A stretch of DNA of 42,558 bases from IMG/VR virus record IMGVR_UViG_3300021086_000008, positions 1-42,558 of that record, one strand, 5' to 3'. The DNA comes from a virus. Lineage: Duplodnaviria > Caudoviricetes. The translations under genes and the position numbers were made by a program. The notes beneath the pieces were generated by a model. The model was given only the letters and a program-made list of their open reading frames with translations. It did not search any database and was not told where the DNA came from. Of this stretch, positions 26,381 through 34,605 are shown one piece after another (the stretch's first letter is position 1; each line of letters begins with the position of its first letter).

Positions 26381-27400
26381 ATGACTGTTTTGACAAACTC
26401 TACCCTCACCTTCGGTGTGGGGTCTGGCGGTGGTATCCGCGAGGATCTCGAAGATGTCATCTGGGATCTGTTCCCGGAAGACACCTGGGCGGTATCGAAT
26501 CTCGACAAGATCGAAGCAACGGCACCGACGCACGAATGGCTGGGCCAGGTGCTCGCGGCGCCGGGAACCAACATTGGTGTGGAAGGCGATGATGCCACCT
26601 TTACCTCTCTCACCAGCCCGTCGCGGTACGGCAATTACTGCCAGATCCTCTCCAAGACCTTCCTGGTATCCGACACCTTGGAAGCGGTCAAGAAAGCGGG
26701 TCGTGGCAGCGAAGTCGCACGCGGCGCGATGGTCAAGATGCGCGAACTCAAGCGTGATATGGAGTACGCGATCACGCGTAATGCCATCGGCACTGCGGGT
26801 GGCGCTACCACCGGCCGTTCGATGGCAGGTATGGAAACCTGGATCGGCGGGTATCTGAACAACGCCGCTGTCGGGACGACTGTCACGGCATCGACGGCGG
26901 TCATGTCGACCACCACCGCCAATACCTGCACGACTCCGGTGACTTCATCCGGTGTACCCGGTACGGCGCCGACCGATGGCACCACGACCGCAGCGCTGAC
27001 GGCTGTCAACCTGAACGCTGCGTTGCAGGGTGCTTGGTCGAATGGCGGCAATCCCACGACGATTCTGTGTGCGGCCAACAACAAAACGGCGATCGATGGC
27101 TTTACCTCCATCGCGACCCGGTTTGTTGATGTGGACGCCTCCACGCAATCGCCGATCATCGGGGCTGCGAATGTGTATGTGAGCGATTATGGCCGCCATA
27201 CGGTGGTTCTGCATCGCTACATGCGCACCTCCGTGGTGCTGTGTCTCGATCCCAGCTTTTGGGCCATCGCATTCTTGCGACGTCCGATGGCGCGGGAGCT
27301 GGCGCGGACGGGCGATGGAACAAAATATCAAATCATAACGGAAGCAAGTTTGACAGCCAGAAATTGGCAGTCCAGTTCGAAGGTGGTTGCACTCACATAA
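26381..27400 (+). CDS. Major capsid protein (DUF5309/SU10-like)
   Basis: GIREDL.D.I...T...A.A..HEW...EGDD...GNYCQI..K...VS.T...GR.SE.A....ELKRDME...YVSDYG. Confidence 0.93.
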   Translation: MTVLTNSTLTFGVGSGGGIREDLEDVIWDLFPEDTWAVSNLDKIEATAPTHEWLGQVLAAPGTNIGVEGDDATFTSLTSPSRYGNYCQILSKTFLVSDTLEAVKKAGRGSEVARGAMVKMRELKRDMEYAITRNAIGTAGGATTGRSMAGMETWIGGYLNNAAVGTTVTASTAVMSTTTANTCTTPVTSSGVPGTAPTDGTTTAALTAVNLNAALQGAWSNGGNPTTILCAANNKTAIDGFTSIATRFVDVDASTQSPIIGAANVYVSDYGRHTVVLHRYMRTSVVLCLDPSFWAIAFLRRPMARELARTGDGTKYQIITEASLTARNWQSSSKVVALT

Positions 27401-27407
27401 TCCGCCC

Positions 27408-27432
27408 GGCGGGGACTTCGCACCCGCCTTTT
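27408..27432 (+). terminator. Intrinsic terminator after the capsid gene
   Basis: GGCGGG-gacttcgca-CCCGCC-TTTT. Confidence 0.7.
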
Positions 27433-27442
27433 GGGATTGCCC

Positions 27443-27622
27443 ATGGCTGATGAAACAACAGTACATATTCTCGAATTTACGCCCAAGCGAGAATACGTCT
27501 GGGAGCATCGTTGCGCCGCAAAGGGTCAAGAGTTTTTCTTGCATCGAAATGGCTCTGTGCAATGCGCCTCATGCAAGGAATTTGCCCATGAGCTCGTTTG
27601 GGGCGAGAAGGATCGAAAGTAA
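27443..27622 (+). CDS. Small zinc-ribbon-like protein
   Basis: H.C...F.LH.NG.VQCASC; TAATG coupling. Confidence 0.55.
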   Translation: MADETTVHILEFTPKREYVWEHRCAAKGQEFFLHRNGSVQCASCKEFAHELVWGEKDRK

Positions 27623-27972
27623 TGGCTGAATTCTTCGAGTATGATCCGCTAAGCGGCATTCGTACCGACACCTCCTGGAATGAAAACGAGCAGAAAATGA
27701 CGCTGCATCGCTACGCCGATGTAGAGCCGGTGCTCGATTACTCCAAGGAAATGGCTGCGGATAGCAGCGTGAGTCAGCGCGGCATCAAGCAGGGCTGGTG
27801 GTGCTATGCGAAGCTGCCGCCGATCGTGATTCTGCAGATGCGCGCGAAAGGCATCAATGTGTTCGATCAGAACGACCAGAAGCGCATGTTCGCTGAAATC
27901 AATTCGTCCTATCCGCACCTCAAGACCACGACTCTCAATGAGGGCGGCCGCGAGAAAATCATCGTTGGTTAA
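27622..27972 (+). CDS. Conserved post-capsid phage protein
   Basis: DVEPVLD..K...A.LP......GIN......LN..Y..LKT pattern. Confidence 0.75.
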   Translation: MAEFFEYDPLSGIRTDTSWNENEQKMTLHRYADVEPVLDYSKEMAADSSVSQRGIKQGWWCYAKLPPIVILQMRAKGINVFDQNDQKRMFAEINSSYPHLKTTTLNEGGREKIIVG

Positions 27973-29527
27973 TCCGTATCAAATCGCCGCTGATCTCTCG
28001 CGCGAGGGCAAGCATGAGCAGGGCTACAAGATCATCGCGAAGCTCTTGACTGACAACCCGCTCGATATTCAAGCGCTGGTGACCGGCTCCTATATCACGC
28101 GCGCGATGGGTGCGCTGCCGGTGGCCTATCACTACGCGCGCGCCGCGGCGCAGTTGCGCCCTACCGATGCGCCGGCCTGGACCAATCTTGGGCATGCGGC
28201 ATCCCAGATGTGGCTGGTGAAAGAGGCGGAGCGGCATTACTTCAAAGCGCTGGAGTGCTCGAAGTCGGATTTCGACCGCAAGGTGCTGTGGGTCAATTTG
28301 AGTGCGCTCTATCTCGATGATGGCAAGTTCGACAAAGCGCAGATCTACATCGAGAAGGTGCTCAGCCTATATCCGAACGATGTGGATGCTAAGGCGAATT
28401 TAGGCTTCTGCCAGCTCGCACAGCGCAACTGGGGGGGCTGGAAGGGCTACCGCAACACCATTGGCTCTGATTGGCGACCGCGTGTGCAATATGCCGACGA
28501 GCCCGAATGGGATGGAACACCCGGAAAAGTGGTTGCGCTCTACGGCGATCAGGGTTTAGGTGATGAGGTGTCTTTTGCCTCGATGATTCCGGATGCTGTC
28601 GATATGTGCGCGAAGGTCATTATTGACTGTGACGAGCGGTTAGAGGGCTTATTTCGCCGCTCATTCCCGAAAGCCAAAATATACGGCACGCGAACCGCGA
28701 AGGATGCGAAATGGGACAAGGAAGACTGGACTATCGGCGCGTCCTTGCCGCTGGGGCAGATCGGGGAGTATTTCCGGACCACCGACGAATCCTTTCCCGG
28801 TACGCCCTATCTCATTCCCTGCCCGGACCGCGTGAAGATGTGGAAAGCGCTGTTTTCGCAGAAACGCAAGCCAGTGATCGGAGTGGCATGGACTGGTGGA
28901 ATGCCACGGACCAATGCGCGTAATCGGCGCATCGCACTGGATGACTTGCTGCCGCTCTTTCGGCTGGATGCGCACTTTGTCTCGCTGCAGTACAAAGATT
29001 CGGCCGAGGAGATTGCCGCCTTTCGCGCGAAACACACCGTCGACTTGAAGCAGTACGCTTGGGGCACGCTCACCAAAGACTATGACGACACGGCCGCGCT
29101 GATCGCCTCTCTCGATTACGTTGTATGCATCCAGACGGCGGTCGCACATACGGCGGGTGCGCTGGGCGTGCCGATCACGGTGCTAGTTCCTGAAGCGACC
29201 CAGTGGCGGTACGGAAAGTCGCAAGAATCCATCCCCTGGTATGACTCATTGCGGGTGGTGAGACAACAGAAAACCGGATCATGGAGCGCAGAAATTGAAC
29301 GCACAGTTACAGAAGTTGCCGCTTATCTCGGACGAGTACCGGGCGGAACAGGAGCGACTGCACGCAACGACCAACTACGGCACGGCATCCATCGGCTATG
29401 CACCGATGGTGAGTCAGATGGTCAACCGGTTGGCGGTCATGCATCTCTTGGATTACGGTTGCGGAGCCAATTGCAATCTCGCCAAGAATCTGAAAGTGGA
29501 TCACAAACTCCAATATCAAGCGTATGA
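27965..29527 (+). CDS. TPR-repeat plus GT-B (GT9/FlmG-like) glycosyltransferase
   Basis: TPRs (AWTNLG, LWVNLS, AKANLG), then PEWDG...DQGLGDEVSFAS.IPD...RSFP...IGVAW.GG...VSLQY...DTAALI..LD.V....AVAHTAGALG.P...WRY...PWY; TTG start assumed. Confidence 0.88.
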   Translation: MVNPYQIAADLSREGKHEQGYKIIAKLLTDNPLDIQALVTGSYITRAMGALPVAYHYARAAAQLRPTDAPAWTNLGHAASQMWLVKEAERHYFKALECSKSDFDRKVLWVNLSALYLDDGKFDKAQIYIEKVLSLYPNDVDAKANLGFCQLAQRNWGGWKGYRNTIGSDWRPRVQYADEPEWDGTPGKVVALYGDQGLGDEVSFASMIPDAVDMCAKVIIDCDERLEGLFRRSFPKAKIYGTRTAKDAKWDKEDWTIGASLPLGQIGEYFRTTDESFPGTPYLIPCPDRVKMWKALFSQKRKPVIGVAWTGGMPRTNARNRRIALDDLLPLFRLDAHFVSLQYKDSAEEIAAFRAKHTVDLKQYAWGTLTKDYDDTAALIASLDYVVCIQTAVAHTAGALGVPITVLVPEATQWRYGKSQESIPWYDSLRVVRQQKTGSWSAEIERTVTEVAAYLGRVPGGTGATARNDQLRHGIHRLCTDGESDGQPVGGHASLGLRLRSQLQSRQESESGSQTPISSV

Positions 29528-29870
29528 CCCCGGTGTCCCGCGCTTCTCCAAAGATCCCGTCCCGGCGCAGATGGTGGCATGCATTGATGTTCTGGAACAC
29601 ATCGAACCCGCGTTCTTGGATAGTGTTCTCGATCACCTATCGTCTCTCGCCGAAGGTGTCGTTTTCCTCTCGATTGATACGGGAGCTGCGCTCAAGACCT
29701 TGAGCGATGGACGCAATGCGCATCTCATCCAGCAACCCATGGCGTGGTGGCTGCCAAAACTCTTTGAGCGCTGGGACATTCAAACCGTGCAGATGGCGAC
29801 CTCGAGCGGCTTCTTTGTGATTGGCACCGCGAAAACGCGCTTGGAAGCGCAAGACGGCTCGCTACTATGA
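29295..29870 (+). CDS. Class I SAM-dependent methyltransferase
   Basis: LLDYGCG, YDPG, CIDVLEHIEP, L.DGRNAHL.QQ...WW; GGAG before TTG. Confidence 0.88.
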   Translation: MNAQLQKLPLISDEYRAEQERLHATTNYGTASIGYAPMVSQMVNRLAVMHLLDYGCGANCNLAKNLKVDHKLQYQAYDPGVPRFSKDPVPAQMVACIDVLEHIEPAFLDSVLDHLSSLAEGVVFLSIDTGAALKTLSDGRNAHLIQQPMAWWLPKLFERWDIQTVQMATSSGFFVIGTAKTRLEAQDGSLL

Positions 29871-30601
29871 TTCGTGTGTTCATCGGTTTCGATCAACGCG
29901 AAGCTGCTGCATATCACGTTTGTTGTCAGTCGATCATCGAGAAGGCATCGGCGCCGGTGAGCTTTCACCCGCTCGCCTTGAACATGCTGCAAGGGTTCGA
30001 CGGTAAGCGCGATGGCTCGAACGCCTTCAACGTCTCGCGCTTCTTAGTGCCGAAGCTCTGTAATTACGAAGGCTTTGCACTATTCATTGATGGTGACATG
30101 CTAATCGATCTCGATATCGCGGAACTATGGGCGTATCGCATTGCGATGTATGACAAAGCAGTGGCCGTCGTGAAGCATGACTATGTGACCGGCAACCCCG
30201 TGAAATATGTGGGCACGCCGATGCAGAGCAAGAACCTAAACTACGATCGCAAGAATTGGTCGAGCGTGATGCTATGGAACTGCGCACATCCGAGCAATCG
30301 AATTCTCGATCAGGGATATATCCAAGAAGCAACGCCGACCGTTCTGCACCGATTGAAGTGGCTGCCGGATAGCGACATCGGCGAGTTATCGCCTGGTTGG
30401 AATTACCTGGTGCGCGAGGCGGGGCCGGCAGCCGCGCACCTCTACCACTACACCTGTGGCGTGCCTGGTATCAAGCACTACGCGAACGATCACGGCTCGT
30501 GGAAATGGCATACCGCGCTGCTGCGGGCGTTGACGTGTGCGGGAGAGGATCCGGTCGACATGGTGAAACGAGCAGAGGAGAGGGTCGGTGCAGTTCAATA
30601 A
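29867..30601 (+). CDS. GT-A fold glycosyltransferase (GT8-like)
   Basis: VFIGFDQRE..AYHVC..SI...F..SRFLVP...DGDM (DxD)...KNWSSVMLWNC...WNYLV...HYT.G.P. Confidence 0.9.
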   Translation: MIRVFIGFDQREAAAYHVCCQSIIEKASAPVSFHPLALNMLQGFDGKRDGSNAFNVSRFLVPKLCNYEGFALFIDGDMLIDLDIAELWAYRIAMYDKAVAVVKHDYVTGNPVKYVGTPMQSKNLNYDRKNWSSVMLWNCAHPSNRILDQGYIQEATPTVLHRLKWLPDSDIGELSPGWNYLVREAGPAAAHLYHYTCGVPGIKHYANDHGSWKWHTALLRALTCAGEDPVDMVKRAEERVGAVQ

Positions 30602-31205
30602 CTATCCGGACTTTCGCAACAAGGTCCAAAGTTTGCTCGATGGTGATGATATTTCAGAATCCGACCTCTCAGTGTCGGTTCTAGATCTCATCATCGGCGC
30701 TGGAGAGGTCAGGATCTATCGCGATATCCGCTCGAGTACGCAGGATACGGCGCTCTCGATCACGGCCACCGACAATGTAGCGCCCCTGCCGCCCGATTAT
30801 CTGGAATTGAAGGGCGCGCCCTATACGCCAGGATTTCGGGTGGCTACCTATGCGCCGTGGGAAGTGGTGCAGAACTCGATTCAAAATGCGGTCACCTCGA
30901 GTGGTCAGGTCACGCATTACGCGTTTGAGGGCGATACGATGATCTTCTACCCGCCGCAATCGGGGGCCATCACGGGCCGCTATTACAAGCGCTTTGCCGA
31001 TATCTCGACCGGCTTGAATGCGCTCATCACTCGGCATCCGGACCTTTTCATCTATGCGGCTTTGAGCGAGAGCGCGCCTTTCTTGGGCGAGATGACGCGC
31101 TTACCCATTTGGCAGCAGAAATATGCGGAATTGGCAATGGCGGCGAATGAGCAAGAACGGCGCCGCATCACTCGTGGCTCGAAACTACAGACTCGCGTCG
31201 CGTGA
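30588..31205 (+). CDS. Head-tail adaptor (P22 gp4-like position)
   Basis: LP.DYLE...YY......N.L....PDL..YA.L.E.APFL....R...W adaptor pattern. Confidence 0.8.
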   Translation: MQFNNYPDFRNKVQSLLDGDDISESDLSVSVLDLIIGAGEVRIYRDIRSSTQDTALSITATDNVAPLPPDYLELKGAPYTPGFRVATYAPWEVVQNSIQNAVTSSGQVTHYAFEGDTMIFYPPQSGAITGRYYKRFADISTGLNALITRHPDLFIYAALSESAPFLGEMTRLPIWQQKYAELAMAANEQERRRITRGSKLQTRVA

Positions 31206-32725
31206 AGCTCCCCTTCTTAGGCCAGGCGTATCAATCGCGATCGCCCATCTTGGCATCGCAGACGCTCATCAACCTGTATGCCGAGGGCACGGAGGGTAAT
31301 TCGAGCGCTGTAGGGGCATTCTACGGCACGCCTGGGTTGGAGGCGCTCACGGGCGCGCATGGCTCTGTACGAGGCATCCACGTCGCCGGCGGGGCGCTCT
31401 ATGCGGTTATTGGGACCAATGTCTATCGCATCGATGCGAATTACGTGGCAACGAATTTAGGCAATTTGAACAATAGCGTTGGGCCAGTCTCGATTGCCGA
31501 CAATGGCAGTCAAGTCGCTTTCGCGCACCAGGACGGCTGGCATTGGATTGCCTTTACGGGCACCGCCATTGCCCCCGTGACTAATTCGCCGCCGGGTTCC
31601 GTTTTGGCAACGCAAGATCATTACGTCATTTTCACGACCTCGACGTTGGATCAATTCGGCATCACGGCACTTGCAGACTTGAGCACCATTGATCCCTTGG
31701 ACTTGGCAAGCGCGGAGGGAGCGCCCGATAATCTGGTGAGTCTGGTCTCCGACCATCGGGAAGTATGGCTCTTTGGTACTGAGACCATCGAGATTTGGTC
31801 AGACACTGGCGCGCAGTTCTTTCCCTTTGAACGAAGCCCTGGCGGCTTTATCGAACAGGGTTGTGCGGCGAAGTGGAGTCCGGCCAGAATCGATAATTCA
31901 GTCTTTTGGATCGGGCGCGACAAGAACGGCCGCGGTGTCGTCTACCGGGCGAACGCGTATATCCCGCAGCGCATCTCGACGCATGCGCTTGAGACCGCGA
32001 TCAATAGCTATGGCGATATCTCGGATGCCATTGGCTTTAGCTATCAGGAAGAGGGGCACAGCTTCTACTGGGTAACCTTCCCATCGGCCGATGTGTCGTG
32101 GGTCTATGACATCGCAACCAATGGCTGGCATATGCGCGCGTGGCTCGATGACACGACCGGACTTTTGCATCGTCATCGCGCGAACTGCTATGCGTTCTTC
32201 AACAACGCACACCTCGTCGGCGATTGGGAGAATGGCACGCTCTATCGGATGGATCTAGACACCGGCAATGACAACGGCACAGAGATCTATCGCGAGCGCG
32301 CCTTCGAGCTTCCCGACTCTGAGAACAAGCGCATCCGCATGGACTTTTTGGAACTCATGGCCCTTACGGGCGATGGTGTCACACCCATCACTCTGCCCGG
32401 CGGAGAGTCTGAATGGACTTGGGATTCTGGCGATATCACGTTTGATTCAGGCACCGCCACTTTCGATGGGTTTGCTTCCGAGACCGGCGGTATCGTAATC
32501 AATCCGGGACCTTCACAAGTTGGCGTCCAGGTCTCCAGGGATGGGGGCAGAAGCTGGGGATTTAAACGCTTTCAAGGCATGGGTGATATCGGCAAGAGAT
32601 TGGTGCGTTTGCGCTGGCGACGTTTAGGACTTGGGCGAAATATCGTGCTGCGGTTCTTTACCACCATGTCATCGCGAGTGCAGTGGGTTCAAGCCTATGG
32701 CCGCGGCGAGGCGCTGGATCAATGA
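31202..32725 (+). CDS. Packaged DNA stabilisation / tail hub protein (P22 gp10-like)
   Basis: INLY...TPGL...ASAEGAPD...LFG.ETIE.W...IEQGCAA...RISTHA.E...YQ.EGH.FY...SRDGG.SW...WRRLG.GR. Confidence 0.92.
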   Translation: MKLPFLGQAYQSRSPILASQTLINLYAEGTEGNSSAVGAFYGTPGLEALTGAHGSVRGIHVAGGALYAVIGTNVYRIDANYVATNLGNLNNSVGPVSIADNGSQVAFAHQDGWHWIAFTGTAIAPVTNSPPGSVLATQDHYVIFTTSTLDQFGITALADLSTIDPLDLASAEGAPDNLVSLVSDHREVWLFGTETIEIWSDTGAQFFPFERSPGGFIEQGCAAKWSPARIDNSVFWIGRDKNGRGVVYRANAYIPQRISTHALETAINSYGDISDAIGFSYQEEGHSFYWVTFPSADVSWVYDIATNGWHMRAWLDDTTGLLHRHRANCYAFFNNAHLVGDWENGTLYRMDLDTGNDNGTEIYRERAFELPDSENKRIRMDFLELMALTGDGVTPITLPGGESEWTWDSGDITFDSGTATFDGFASETGGIVINPGPSQVGVQVSRDGGRSWGFKRFQGMGDIGKRLVRLRWRRLGLGRNIVLRFFTTMSSRVQWVQAYGRGEALDQ

Positions 32726-33018
32726 GTGCGCCCTCCCTCGTGGTGCCGCGCTATGAAATTGGCGTGGTGGATAAGAACGGCAACATGTCGCGCGAGTGGT
32801 ACAAATTCTTCGCGCTCATCGCGAAATCGATTGGGCCGAGCTTGACCAATTCGGATGATTTGCAAGCGACGCAGAACCTCGATGCGGCTGCGATTGAGTC
32901 CATTGCGAATCAAGCGCTGAACGCGGTCAAGTCGCAACTCTGGTTGCTGATGACGCCTGAGGATCAGCCCAAGCCACAAGACAACATTATGGCCTGGTGG
33001 CCGGGAGATGCTAAATGA
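32722..33018 (+). CDS. Tail plug/needle-position protein (short gp26-like)
   Basis: G.MSREWYKFF motif; directly after gp10-like gene. Confidence 0.55.
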   Translation: MSAPSLVVPRYEIGVVDKNGNMSREWYKFFALIAKSIGPSLTNSDDLQATQNLDAAAIESIANQALNAVKSQLWLLMTPEDQPKPQDNIMAWWPGDAK

Positions 33019-33353
33019 GTTTGATTGCAACGCCGCTGATTCAGGCGATTCAATTACCGAATGCGGTGGCGGCTCAATATACCTGTCCAGCCTCGACGCA
33101 GATTATCGTGCGCCATGTCGTATTTTCTAATACGACGGGTGGCGCCATTACGGTGAAAGGCTATGTCGTACCGTCTGGCGGATCAGTCACGGATGCAGCA
33201 GTCGTCCTCCCGACAACTTCGATTGCTGCGAATACTCCATATGTCTCGCCAGAATTCTCTGGAGTGGTACTGAAAGCCGGCGATACCATCCAATGCTTTG
33301 CGAGTGCAGCGACCTCGATCAGCATGAACGCGAGCGGGATCCAGCAGACGTGA
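33015..33353 (+). CDS. Small virion beta-sandwich protein
   Basis: YTCPA......N.T...VL.AGD.I...AS......ASG pattern of phage structural proteins. Confidence 0.65.
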   Translation: MSLIATPLIQAIQLPNAVAAQYTCPASTQIIVRHVVFSNTTGGAITVKGYVVPSGGSVTDAAVVLPTTSIAANTPYVSPEFSGVVLKAGDTIQCFASAATSISMNASGIQQT

Positions 33354-33829
33354 CAATCGCCATAAACCAAGAGTCCTTTAGCCTTGCGTTGGCCGCTGAA
33401 CTGATGCCTCTCGCTCAAGCCTGTTGGAACGAAAGCACAGTCGTTAAGAATAAGACATGCGCTTTCTACGGTGAGCGGGAGTTCGCCGTCGAACCCGATA
33501 TGGAACTCTATGAGCATTTGACAAGCAAAGGATCAATGGTCGCGGTGACCTTGCGAGAGGATGCGATATTAAAGGGCTATGTCATTGGATATACCTATCG
33601 CAGTCCACATCATAAGAAGATTTTCTGCGGGCATGGCGATTCGATCTATATCGAGCCTCCTTATCGCTCATATGCCGCCAATGTTGCACAGAAGTTTGAA
33701 TCGGCCATGAAGGAATTGAAGGTCCAAGCGATTGGATGGCCCACGCACATTGACGGGCCAATGTATGAAGTGTTGAAGAATCTCGGATACGTGGGCGATG
33801 ACATCATCATGGAAAAAAGGATCGTCTGA
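33350..33829 (+). CDS. GNAT-fold protein (P22 gp14 position)
   Basis: L.PD...Y......T.R....L.GY.......HH......D..YI.P.YR...LK.LGY. Confidence 0.7.
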   Translation: MTIAINQESFSLALAAELMPLAQACWNESTVVKNKTCAFYGEREFAVEPDMELYEHLTSKGSMVAVTLREDAILKGYVIGYTYRSPHHKKIFCGHGDSIYIEPPYRSYAANVAQKFESAMKELKVQAIGWPTHIDGPMYEVLKNLGYVGDDIIMEKRIV

Positions 33830-33831
33830 TT

Positions 33832-34605
33832 ATGTGCGTAATCATAGCTGGAGCAGCCATTGCGGCAGTAGGTGCCGTTGCCGGCGGGGCCATCGCGTCG
33901 AGCGGCGCTAAAAGCGCTGCGCAAACGCAAGCCAATGCGGCCAATGCGGCCAATCTTACGCAGTCACAGCAATACGCACAGACACGGAGCGACCAAGCGC
34001 CTTGGCGACAGGCCGGCGGTTCGGCGGTCGGAGCGCTCTCGAGCTACTACGGTTTGCCCGGCGCAGATGGCACTACCCCGGATCCTGCGGCAACTGGCGC
34101 TGCGGACACCAAGCTCATTCAGTCATTGCCCGGCTATCAGTTCAATCTCGATCAAGGTAATCAGGCGGTGCAGAAAAATCTCGCTGCCAACGGATTGCTC
34201 GACTCAGGAGCCGCACAGAAGGCGCTGACCCAATACGGCCAGGGCTATGCTATGAACGCAAGTAATCAGTACCTGAACGGCCTGCAGAGCTTAGCGGGAC
34301 TTGGTCAGACCTCGGTCGCCAATACGGGGGCAGCGGGAACGAATGCTGCGAATCAGATCGGCAGCAATCAAATCTATGCGGGCAACGCCCAAGCTTCCGG
34401 ATATGCGAATCAGGCGAACGCGATCAATTCGGGCTTGAGTGGCTTATCGGGGATCTACGGCCAATACACCCAGCAGCAGAATTTGCAGAATACCTATCAG
34501 GGTTCGAATGCGTATTACAACGCCAACACCACCAGCCAGGGGGGCTATACGGGCGGCCAGATGAATCAAGGCGGCTACATCATGACGAATGTGGGTGGCC
34601 CATAA
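33832..34605 (+). CDS. DNA ejection protein (P22 gp7-like)
   Basis: Hydrophobic Gly/Ala N-terminus, PWRQAG, PGYQF...QG...AA.G.L.SG...KAL..YGQ. Confidence 0.85.
   Translation: MCVIIAGAAIAAVGAVAGGAIASSGAKSAAQTQANAANAANLTQSQQYAQTRSDQAPWRQAGGSAVGALSSYYGLPGADGTTPDPAATGAADTKLIQSLPGYQFNLDQGNQAVQKNLAANGLLDSGAAQKALTQYGQGYAMNASNQYLNGLQSLAGLGQTSVANTGAAGTNAANQIGSNQIYAGNAQASGYANQANAINSGLSGLSGIYGQYTQQQNLQNTYQGSNAYYNANTTSQGGYTGGQMNQGGYIMTNVGGP

Noticed and set aside
27965-30601. Glycosyltransferases as a DNA hypermodification or serotype conversion system
   Set aside because: No hydroxymethylase or TET-like gene, no GtrA/B-type membrane proteins, and the genes are late and capsid-linked; less likely but not excluded
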